This document shows, piece by piece, positions 47,388-54,978 of a DNA stretch of 64,000 nt. Made by a program: the position numbers and the translations under genes. The notes below the pieces were generated by a model. It saw only the letters and a program-made list of their open reading frames with translations, was not told the origin of the DNA and made no database searches. The first letter of the stretch is position 1, and the number at the start of each line of letters is the position of its first letter. The stretch lies in the NCBI GenBank assembly GCA_043814605.1, contig JBDRJV010000037.1, forward strand, positions 31,899 to 95,898, given 5' to 3'. This DNA is from Candidatus Omnitrophota bacterium (GTDB taxonomy: Bacteria; Omnitrophota; Gorgyraeia; B26-G9).

Positions 47388-48833
47388 TTGAAAATATTAC
47401 TTATAGTTGAGGAAACTTTTTATATGGATAGACTGGGCATTTTATATTTAAGTTATCCTCTAAAGCGTTTCAACTATGATGTCAAACTTGCTGTTTTTGC
47501 TAAAGAGGGGTTTCCAGGAATAGAACAAATAATGCAAGAATATTCTCCGGATATTGTTGGTTATAGTATGATGACTGGTGAGTATAATACGCTTAATAGA
47601 GTAAATAAGTATTTAAAAAATAAATTTAATTTTTTATCAGTTTTTGGAGGTCCTCACCCGACATTTTATCCGGATTTAATTAAAGAATCCCATATTGACG
47701 CAATTTGTGTAGGAGAGGGAGATATTGCTTTTGCGGAGTTTTGTCGGAGAGTTAAAGAGAGCGATAAATATTGGCAAACTCCAGGGTTTTATGTAAAGCA
47801 TAATGGTAATATTTTTAGTAATCCACTATTATCTTTAGTTAAAGATTTAGACCAATTATCTTTTCCAGATAGAAAATTAATGTATGAGGCCCAACCTGAT
47901 GTCTATGAAGATGGAACCAAAGTTTTTATATCTTCTCGTGGATGCCCTTATAGTTGTTCATATTGTTTTAATAAAAAATATAATGATATTTATAAAAATA
48001 AGTCAATTGTAGTTCGTCATCGTTCGCCTAATAATGTAATTCAGGAAATTGATGCTACTAAGCAGGAATACGGATTAAGACATGTATTTTTTTTAGATGA
48101 TATTTTTACGATAAAACCTAAGGGATGGGTAGAAGAGTTTTCAACACTATATAAGCAAAAGATTGATCTGCCGTTTTCTTGTCACGTACGTGCAAATCTG
48201 GTAAGCGATAGTGAGATAAAACTATTAAAAAATGCCGGCTTAAATTCAGTTTTAATCGGAATAGAATGTGGGGATGAGAGAGTATCAAATGAAGTGTTAA
48301 ATAGAAATTTATCGAATAAAATAATTTTTCAAGCAATACAAATTTTAAAAAAACATGATATTAAAATATGGACACATAATTTATTGGGGATCCCAGTTAA
48401 GGATAGTTTCGAAGTAGGAATTAAAACGCTTGATATGAATTTAAAAATAAGACCAGTTTATGCCCATTCAGGCTTACTTTTTCCTTATCCTGGGACTGAA
48501 ATTCGGAAGCAATCATTACGAAATAATTTTTTGAATGAAAATAGTGTTTTTTTTGAAACTCATCAAAAATATTCAGTTTTTAATTTTAATAAAAAAGAAA
48601 AATCTCAGATTGAAAGATTGCATTATTTATTTGGATTAACAGTTCGTTTTCCTTTTTTACGTAAAATAATTAGATTGCTTGTAAAAATTCCTTTATCAGG
48701 ATTTTATTTTATGATTTTTTATGTTTGGTATGGATACAATCTTAAATTTAAATTTTTTCCCATGCAGTCTTGGACAAAAGAAATAAAAAAATATGTCAAA
48801 TTAGGGGAAAAGATACTAAAAAAACATAATTAA
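47388..48833 (+). CDS. B12-binding-domain radical SAM enzyme (distant member of subfamily A)
   Basis: TTG start, with the RBS-like ggagga ending 6 nt upstream of it. MDRLGILYLSYPLKRFNYDVKLAVF, VFGGPHPTFYP, LSFPDRKLMY, ISSRGCPYSCSYCFNK and LIGIECGDERVSNEVL. Confidence 0.75.
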   Translation: MKILLIVEETFYMDRLGILYLSYPLKRFNYDVKLAVFAKEGFPGIEQIMQEYSPDIVGYSMMTGEYNTLNRVNKYLKNKFNFLSVFGGPHPTFYPDLIKESHIDAICVGEGDIAFAEFCRRVKESDKYWQTPGFYVKHNGNIFSNPLLSLVKDLDQLSFPDRKLMYEAQPDVYEDGTKVFISSRGCPYSCSYCFNKKYNDIYKNKSIVVRHRSPNNVIQEIDATKQEYGLRHVFFLDDIFTIKPKGWVEEFSTLYKQKIDLPFSCHVRANLVSDSEIKLLKNAGLNSVLIGIECGDERVSNEVLNRNLSNKIIFQAIQILKKHDIKIWTHNLLGIPVKDSFEVGIKTLDMNLKIRPVYAHSGLLFPYPGTEIRKQSLRNNFLNENSVFFETHQKYSVFNFNKKEKSQIERLHYLFGLTVRFPFLRKIIRLLVKIPLSGFYFMIFYVWYGYNLKFKFFPMQSWTKEIKKYVKLGEKILKKHN

Positions 48834-49119
48834 TCAGGTATAAATAAATTTTTATTTGATTTCTATGAGTACCACAGTAAAGATTATGAAATTATTTATA
48901 AAAATATGCCTAAAATAAATTTAAATATAAACCATGTTTTATAAAAGAACTTAAAATTTTAAATAAGAAGAATCTAAATATTAAGTTAAAATATGTTACT
49001 GAGTATATTTAGACAAGAAAATTTGTTGTGATGCAACACGTTAGAAAATTAAAAAAATAGGTTTAATTTAAAATACAAAAAAGTTTTAAAATATTTTAAA
49101 AATAAAATAATTATATTTT

Positions 49120-50097
49120 ATGAATAAAACTGTAAGCGTTCTGATTACCTCTAAGGAAAATAAATCTGAACAACTGAAGCATTTGCTGCATAGCTTGGTG
49201 GTTCAGGATATTCGATACCTAAGAATTTACTTAATTTTAGATCGCAAAAATGATCTATTAATTAATGATATCCAAAAAATATTAAAACCAGTGGAATTTT
49301 TTTTTAATGATAACCATTGTATTACTTATATTCAAAATAAAATTATGAAAAATTTAAATAGTGAATTAATTTTGTTATTAAATGATGATATTATATTAGA
49401 AAATTATTTTATTTCTAGTTTAACTGATTCAATTGATAAGAATGAAAAAATAGGTATTTGCTGTGGGAAAATAAAGCGTATGGATAAAATAACTATTGAT
49501 AGCGCAGGGCAATTTTTAGCCCGGAGTCGAAAACCACTAGATAGGGGTTATGGTCAAAAAGATAAAGGGCAGTTTGATAGTGCAGAATATATTTTTGGAG
49601 CTTGTGGGGCAGCAGTTTTGTATCGTAAAAAAATGCTAGAAAGTATTCAAATAACTCCGGGTGAATATTTTGATAATGATTACCATCTATTTTACGAGGA
49701 TTTAGATATTGCCTGGCGGGCGCAAAACTTAGGCTGGAAGGTATTTTATGATCCAAAAGCTGTTTGCTATCATGTTCGCGGAGCTACAGTAAAACAAAAT
49801 AAACCAAAATTTAGTTTTTTAAACAATTTTAATTTTGCTTGGCTTCCGAATAGTTTGAAGGTAGATGTAATAAAAAACCGTTATATGACTATAATAAAAA
49901 ATGATAAATTAAGTAATTTTTTAATTAATTTACCTTTCATTTTATTTTATGATCTTAAAGTTTTTATTTACTGCTTATTTTTTTGCCCGATTGTCATTAA
50001 AAATTGCTTAAATAAAGTGCCTTTGATTATGAACGCTTGGAAAAAAAGAAAATATTACTACTTAAAATATGAAAAAATAAGACAGAAGGAATGCTAA
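49120..50097 (+). CDS. GT2 glycosyltransferase (paralogue of 12250-13143)
   Basis: VSVLITSKEN, LLNDDIIL, MDKITIDSAGQFL and EDLDIAWRAQNLGWKVFYDPKAVCYH, collinear with MDKITIDTIGLKL and DDFDIAWRAQRIGCKGFYVPNAVCWH in the other copy. Confidence 0.75.
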   Translation: MNKTVSVLITSKENKSEQLKHLLHSLVVQDIRYLRIYLILDRKNDLLINDIQKILKPVEFFFNDNHCITYIQNKIMKNLNSELILLLNDDIILENYFISSLTDSIDKNEKIGICCGKIKRMDKITIDSAGQFLARSRKPLDRGYGQKDKGQFDSAEYIFGACGAAVLYRKKMLESIQITPGEYFDNDYHLFYEDLDIAWRAQNLGWKVFYDPKAVCYHVRGATVKQNKPKFSFLNNFNFAWLPNSLKVDVIKNRYMTIIKNDKLSNFLINLPFILFYDLKVFIYCLFFCPIVIKNCLNKVPLIMNAWKKRKYYYLKYEKIRQKEC

Positions 50098-51755
50098 AAA
50101 TAATAAATTATTTAGGATTAATTCTTTTAATTTTTAGGCCGTTTATTTGCGAACAAGTTTTTCCCGTTTGTGGAATTATGTTTAATCTAGTCTTTACGGT
50201 AGTTTTTTTCTCGAAGTTAATTGTTGATAAAAATATTAAAACTAGTAAAACTATTGTAATCATTATTTTTTTTATTTTTGTGTTTTTTATATGCCAAATT
50301 ATTTTTTCTATAAATATTTATAACACCTGTAATGTTTTATGCTATTTATTTACTTTAGTTATAATTTATATGTTCGTTGATTCTTTAGAAAGTGAAAAAC
50401 AAGAATTCTTAATTAAAGCAATGGTTGCGATAAGTTTTATAATTGCTTTACGGGGAGCATATCAATATTTATTTGGTTTAAACTTGATCAATAAAATTTT
50501 TTCAGAAGAACAAATTGCAAAAGAAAGTTTGTATGCTTTTGAATTACTTAAGCGAAGAAGAATCGTTTCCTGGTTTACTACCCCAAATTTATTAGCCAGT
50601 TATTTACTTATGTTTATCCCGCTTGCTTTAGCTCAAATAGATTTCGATAAAAATAATATTTTAAAAGTCAAGAATATATTTTATTTTTTAGGTTTTATTT
50701 GTATATTTTTTGCGGTTTTGTTTGCTAAAGTTATTGCTGTTTATCTGGTAATTATTTTCTTAATTTCATGTTTTTTTATAAAAAAATTTACAATTAAATC
50801 TCAGATTGCCCATAAAAATAGTTTTTTGTTTATAGCCGCTTTTTTTGTGATTTCAGGCGGAGTTTTTTTTGCGGAACGAGCCAGTGCATTTTTACTCAAT
50901 GATATTAATAATTCAATAATTCAAAGATTATACTATTGGCAGGCAACTTTAAGGATAATAAAAAATAATTTATTCTTTGGGTTAGGGCTGGGAAATTTTG
51001 GGATTGTATATCCTTTTTACAAAAATAGTTACGCAAATGAAACCATATATGTACATAATAGTTATTTGCAATTGTTTGCTGAAACCGGAATTATATTTTT
51101 TCTAACTGCAGTTAGTTTACTAGGTTGCAGTTTGAGAAATTTATTTAAAAATGAAGATCAAAAGTTGACAATAGCTTTAAGTTTTAGTTGTGCGGCATTT
51201 TTAATCCATAATCTTGTCAGTTATTCTTTTTTTATTATGCAGGTTTGCTTTGTTTGGGTTGTGTTGTTTGCCTGTCTATTTTCAAAAGTTACTAACCGTG
51301 AGGAAAATTATAAAAAGCTTAAAAAACTATTCAATTTTTTAGTTAAGGCAGCTATTTCCTTCATAATAATTAGTAATGGTTTATTTTTAATTAGTGAAAT
51401 TAATCTTAAAAAAGGAATAGAATTATTAAAAAAAGCTCAATATGATCAGGCAAGGCAGAGTATAAAATATGCTTTAAATTTTATTCCTTTTAATGATGTT
51501 GCGTATTATTGTTTAGCAATTAATGCAAAGCGTGAAGCAAATAATAATTTTTCAAATGAAGTAGTTAAAAATTTTAAAAAAGCAATTATTCATAATCCGT
51601 ATTATGTATATTATTACTTTTATTTAGGCGAGTACTACAAGCAGCATGATTTTTTAGCATGGGCAAAAGATTATTTAGCTATGGCTTCTAGGCTATATCC
51701 GACAAATAAAAAATTTAGGATTGAATTGGATGCGGTTATCAAGAAGGGGCAGTAA
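50091..51755 (+). CDS. O-antigen ligase/polymerase-like (Wzy_C) membrane protein fused to a C-terminal TPR-like domain
   Basis: ~10 TM helices. The loop block GLGLGNFGIVYPFYKNSYANETIYVHNSYLQLFAETGIIFF matches the H-N-x-(Y/F)-L-x3-E-x-G signature of the family. The C-terminal ~150 aa is helical repeat-like (AQYDQARQSIKYALNFIP..AIIHNPYYVYYYFYLGEYYKQ). Confidence 0.65.
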   Translation: MLKIINYLGLILLIFRPFICEQVFPVCGIMFNLVFTVVFFSKLIVDKNIKTSKTIVIIIFFIFVFFICQIIFSINIYNTCNVLCYLFTLVIIYMFVDSLESEKQEFLIKAMVAISFIIALRGAYQYLFGLNLINKIFSEEQIAKESLYAFELLKRRRIVSWFTTPNLLASYLLMFIPLALAQIDFDKNNILKVKNIFYFLGFICIFFAVLFAKVIAVYLVIIFLISCFFIKKFTIKSQIAHKNSFLFIAAFFVISGGVFFAERASAFLLNDINNSIIQRLYYWQATLRIIKNNLFFGLGLGNFGIVYPFYKNSYANETIYVHNSYLQLFAETGIIFFLTAVSLLGCSLRNLFKNEDQKLTIALSFSCAAFLIHNLVSYSFFIMQVCFVWVVLFACLFSKVTNREENYKKLKKLFNFLVKAAISFIIISNGLFLISEINLKKGIELLKKAQYDQARQSIKYALNFIPFNDVAYYCLAINAKREANNNFSNEVVKNFKKAIIHNPYYVYYYFYLGEYYKQHDFLAWAKDYLAMASRLYPTNKKFRIELDAVIKKGQ

Positions 51756-51757
51756 AG

Positions 51758-53491
51758 ATGAATTATGCTAAGTATAAGGCTTTTTGCAGAGTAATATATT
51801 GTTATCAAGAATATTGGATTTGGATTGTTTTAGGTATAATAATAAATATTCTAATATTGTTTGTTGTTAATAAGCTTTTAGAAAAGAGTAAGAATTTAAG
51901 CATTAAAAAGTATATAAAAAAAATAAATTTAAATAGAATTGATTATTTATTACTTTTTATGCTAACATTTATTTTTTTTATTTGGAAAATTACTAATATT
52001 AGTAAAGAAAATGTTGATAGTATGGAATCTTTCAACATGCAATTTAATTCTTTATTGAGTACAAATATTATAAAGTTTTTAGATACTTCAATAGTAATTG
52101 CACATAAGTTGATTTATGCAGTTATGCTTAATCTTGTACAAATATTTTGTGCTCCTGAAAATTTAGTTTTTTTGTATAGATTTATTTCTTTTGGTTTTGG
52201 AGTATTATGTTCTTTACTGCTGTTTAAATTTTCAATCAGAGTATTTCAGAATAAATTGATTGCATACCTAGGGTTCATTTTATTCAACTTAAATGCGCTT
52301 TTTTTGTTTTATTGCCGAAGAATTGAAGTTTATTCTATATTTTGTTTTTTTGTATTATTAAGTTTTTATGATTTCTGGAGAATATTTATTGATCGGGATA
52401 AAAATAAGACCTTACGATATGGCATATGGATAATTATTGTATTTTGCTTACATGATACAGGCGTTGTAGTTATTTTTTCGCAGGCTCTTGCTTTATTTTT
52501 TTTAAACAGGAAGCAGCCACTTGAAACTAGAAATTATTTATATTTAAAGTTTATGCAATCGGTACTTGTTTTTGCTTGTTTATTTTTTTTGTTGGGACCT
52601 ATTTTTTGTGCATCAATTATTAGTAATCATTTAATTCTTTACAAAGGTGCTTGGGAAAATAATTTTTATTTAGGTATGGAAAAATTACCGGAACAAATAA
52701 ATACTATGCTGAATTTAATTTTTGGGATGCCCATATTTACGATAGGGCTATTTAGTTTTCCCTTATTTTTTGCAGTTTTTTCGTTAATTAAAAAAAATAA
52801 TAATTTTTTTTGGCTTTTATTAAGCATATTGATATCAAGTATTCTATTTCAGGCAACTTTCATTTATATGTTTTATATTAAAGTTAATGCTTGTTATTTT
52901 AATATTAGGCATTTATTATGGATAGTTCCCTTTATTATCATGATGTATAGTTTTGGTTTTTGTGATTTATGTTTTTTGAGTAATAAAAATTATAAGAAAA
53001 TTTTAGGGTACAGTTTTTTAATTATTATTTTAAGCTCAGGAATTGTGAAATCAAATACTGTTATTTATAGCAATAAAACTCCTGATTACGAGAAAGCATT
53101 TTATTATATTAAAGATAAATTCAAAGATGGAGATTTTTTAGGTTGGCTGTGTTCTTTTACCAGTGATGTATTTTTTATTCACACTAAAAAAAATGATATT
53201 TTTTATGATCATGATAATACCATTTTAGATGAAAGAAGTGCCGGGGTTATATTTAATAATATCGCTTTAAAGCAAAAAAAATTTAAAAGATTTTGGGTGA
53301 TTGTTGCAAAAGAAGATTATTTTGGAGTTGATCATATGAATTTGGAATTTATTGATAAATGCGTTAATTTTTTAAAAAAAGAATTTAAAGAAATTTCTTG
53401 CGTGAAGATGAATAAAATTGATATCTACTTATTTGAATCAACTAGGGAAAGACTGGGGGGTATAATTGAAATTAACAGAAGAATTTTTTAA
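51758..53491 (+). CDS. Polytopic GT-C-type glycosyltransferase (ArnT/PMT_2-like)
   Basis: 577 aa with more than 10 hydrophobic helices, followed by a ~150 aa soluble C-terminal domain. Same overall architecture as the other six GT-C candidates. Architecture-only call. Confidence 0.4.
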   Translation: MNYAKYKAFCRVIYCYQEYWIWIVLGIIINILILFVVNKLLEKSKNLSIKKYIKKINLNRIDYLLLFMLTFIFFIWKITNISKENVDSMESFNMQFNSLLSTNIIKFLDTSIVIAHKLIYAVMLNLVQIFCAPENLVFLYRFISFGFGVLCSLLLFKFSIRVFQNKLIAYLGFILFNLNALFLFYCRRIEVYSIFCFFVLLSFYDFWRIFIDRDKNKTLRYGIWIIIVFCLHDTGVVVIFSQALALFFLNRKQPLETRNYLYLKFMQSVLVFACLFFLLGPIFCASIISNHLILYKGAWENNFYLGMEKLPEQINTMLNLIFGMPIFTIGLFSFPLFFAVFSLIKKNNNFFWLLLSILISSILFQATFIYMFYIKVNACYFNIRHLLWIVPFIIMMYSFGFCDLCFLSNKNYKKILGYSFLIIILSSGIVKSNTVIYSNKTPDYEKAFYYIKDKFKDGDFLGWLCSFTSDVFFIHTKKNDIFYDHDNTILDERSAGVIFNNIALKQKKFKRFWVIVAKEDYFGVDHMNLEFIDKCVNFLKKEFKEISCVKMNKIDIYLFESTRERLGGIIEINRRIF

Positions 53492-53696
53492 AAAAGGAAA
53501 ACTTAACGTGTTTTATAAGGGAAATTAAGTTTCCATTGCAAGTTTTTTTGAAATTAATAGTATTTCAAAAGAGAAATTGATCCGAACCATTATTAGAAGT
53601 GCTAAAGGTTCCAGAAATATCAGGGCTAAGAACTGATTTAAATTTTATACGATTGGAATTTAATATTTATTTTTTAAATATAAAACGCAAGAAATT

Positions 53697-54290
53697 ATGA
53701 AAAAAATTTATATAATTCTAAATTATTTACTCCAGTTTCTATCCTGTCCGATATCAGCTCATAAAAAATTTATTAGGAAGGAAATTGTTAAAGAAATAAA
53801 TATAAATTTAAAAAAAAATATTTTAGATTTTGGATGTGGTCACGGAATATTTTCTGGTCTTTTTAAAAATACAAATATCAATTATATTGAACTTGATTGT
53901 GATTTAAATTCACTGCTGTTTGCAAAATATATACATCAAAATAACTTATATTTGTGTGCAGGAGAATTGCTGTGTTTTAAGCAGAATATCTTTGATTATA
54001 TTATACTAAATAATGTTCTGCATCATATGGATAAAAAATCAATTATTAAATTATTTGACGAAATCATACGGGTGCTTAAAAATAAGAGAAAAGTTATAAT
54101 AATTGAATTGCTGCCTTTTGAAAAACAAAGAGGATTTTTTTTAAAAATTGTTACCTCTTTAGAAAAAAAAATAAAAAAAATTTCTTATGTTTCTGATGAT
54201 TTTTTAACAGAAATTGCAAAAAAATATTTTAGAAATATTAAAAAATTAGAAGTAAGCCGCAATTTTATTTCTTATATTTTAGAAAACTAG
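53697..54290 (+). CDS. Class I SAM-dependent methyltransferase (small)
   Basis: Motif I is ILDFGCGHGIFS, with ELDCD as the acidic loop and FDYIILNNVLHHM also present. Resembles 3569-4117. Confidence 0.65.
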   Translation: MKKIYIILNYLLQFLSCPISAHKKFIRKEIVKEININLKKNILDFGCGHGIFSGLFKNTNINYIELDCDLNSLLFAKYIHQNNLYLCAGELLCFKQNIFDYIILNNVLHHMDKKSIIKLFDEIIRVLKNKRKVIIIELLPFEKQRGFFLKIVTSLEKKIKKISYVSDDFLTEIAKKYFRNIKKLEVSRNFISYILEN

Positions 54291-54466
54291 CCATTTAAAA
54301 TTAGCTTGAAAATTATCGTGGAAGCTGCTTTTTTAAATCAACTCCCAATTTAAAAAAAAGTAAATAAAGTAAAAAATATCTTTTCTACAATATATTGTGT
54401 CTATTCTTTCTGTAACCTACTATAAATAGTGTTGTTAAATATTTTTAAAAAAACGATATTTTTTTA

Positions 54467-54494
54467 TTGACGTCCCTAAAAAATAGCGTATATT
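54467..54494 (+). promoter_or_regulatory. Sigma-70-like promoter of the dcw cluster (TTGACG - 16 nt - TATATT)
   Basis: TTGACG at 54467-54472 and TATATT at 54489-54494 with a 16-nt spacer. It sits 37 bp upstream of the mraZ ATG and just 5' of the MraZ boxes. AT-rich DNA produces many -10 look-alikes, so confidence is moderate. Confidence 0.45.
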
Positions 54495-54501
54495 TAATAA
54501 T

Positions 54502-54527
54502 GTGGTTAAAAGTGGAGGAAAGTGGAG
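54502..54527 (+). promoter_or_regulatory. MraZ operator: three direct GTGG repeats with exact 10-bp phasing
   Basis: GTGG occurs at 54502, 54512 and 54522. The last two are exact 9-mers, AAAGTGGAG at 54509-54517 and 54519-54527. The position (between promoter and mraZ) and the 10-bp periodic GTG(G/T) repeats match the described MraZ binding-site organisation. Confidence 0.6.
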
Positions 54528-54530
54528 TAG

Positions 54531-54971
54531 ATGTTTTATGGCGAATTTGAACATTCATTAGATAAAAAAAGCCGTGTGATTATTCCGGCTAAATTTCGGG
54601 AAGCATTTAAAGAAAATTTTGTCGAAAAATTTTTCGTTACCCGAGGGTTAGATAGCTGTTTGTTTTTATTCACGGAAGAAGAATGGAAAAAACAGGAACA
54701 AAAATTTAAAGCACTTTCTTTTACCAAGCCGGAAGCAAGGAAATTTAATCGTTTGTTTTTTTCTGGTGCCAGTGAAATTATCTGCGACTCACAAGGAAGA
54801 GTTTTGATTCCTCAATACCTTAAGGATTTCGCGCAAATACAAAAGGATGTTGTAATTATTGGAGTTTCTAATCGAATAGAAATCTGGAGTAAAAATCGCT
54901 GGAAGGAATTTTATGAAAATACTAGAGGAACCTTTGAGGATACTGCCGAAAAACTCATGGGTTTGGAATGA
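54531..54971 (+). CDS. mraZ: Transcriptional regulator MraZ
   Basis: MFYGEFEHSLDKKSRVIIPAKFRE. Two DxxxR motifs (DKKSR and DSQGR) lie in duplicated SpoVT/AbrB-like halves. It is the first gene of the dcw order. Confidence 0.95.
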   Translation: MFYGEFEHSLDKKSRVIIPAKFREAFKENFVEKFFVTRGLDSCLFLFTEEEWKKQEQKFKALSFTKPEARKFNRLFFSGASEIICDSQGRVLIPQYLKDFAQIQKDVVIIGVSNRIEIWSKNRWKEFYENTRGTFEDTAEKLMGLE

Positions 54972-54978
54972 AGAGGAA

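Noticed and set aside
47240-47410. 56-aa ORF (MVRLWKQSLTFFFDNIAFVFLELINESSIRNKNCSLKV...) in the 47168-47387 gap, considered as a RiPP precursor for the radical SAM enzymes
   Set aside because: It has no RBS. It runs into and overlaps the start of the next gene in another frame. It has no Cys/Ser/Thr-rich or repeated core and no leader-like motif. No other small-peptide candidate was seen in any gap, so the RiPP interpretation of the locus is not supported. A dedicated small-ORF search could revisit this.
53496-53549. Hairpin ggaaaacttaa-n18-ttaagtttcc followed by a T7 run, considered as a rho-independent terminator after the last GT-C gene
   Set aside because: The stem is A/T-rich and has a bulge. 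The T run starts 8 nt after the stem rather than immediately. It cannot be distinguished from chance in AT-rich DNA without folding energies or transcript data.
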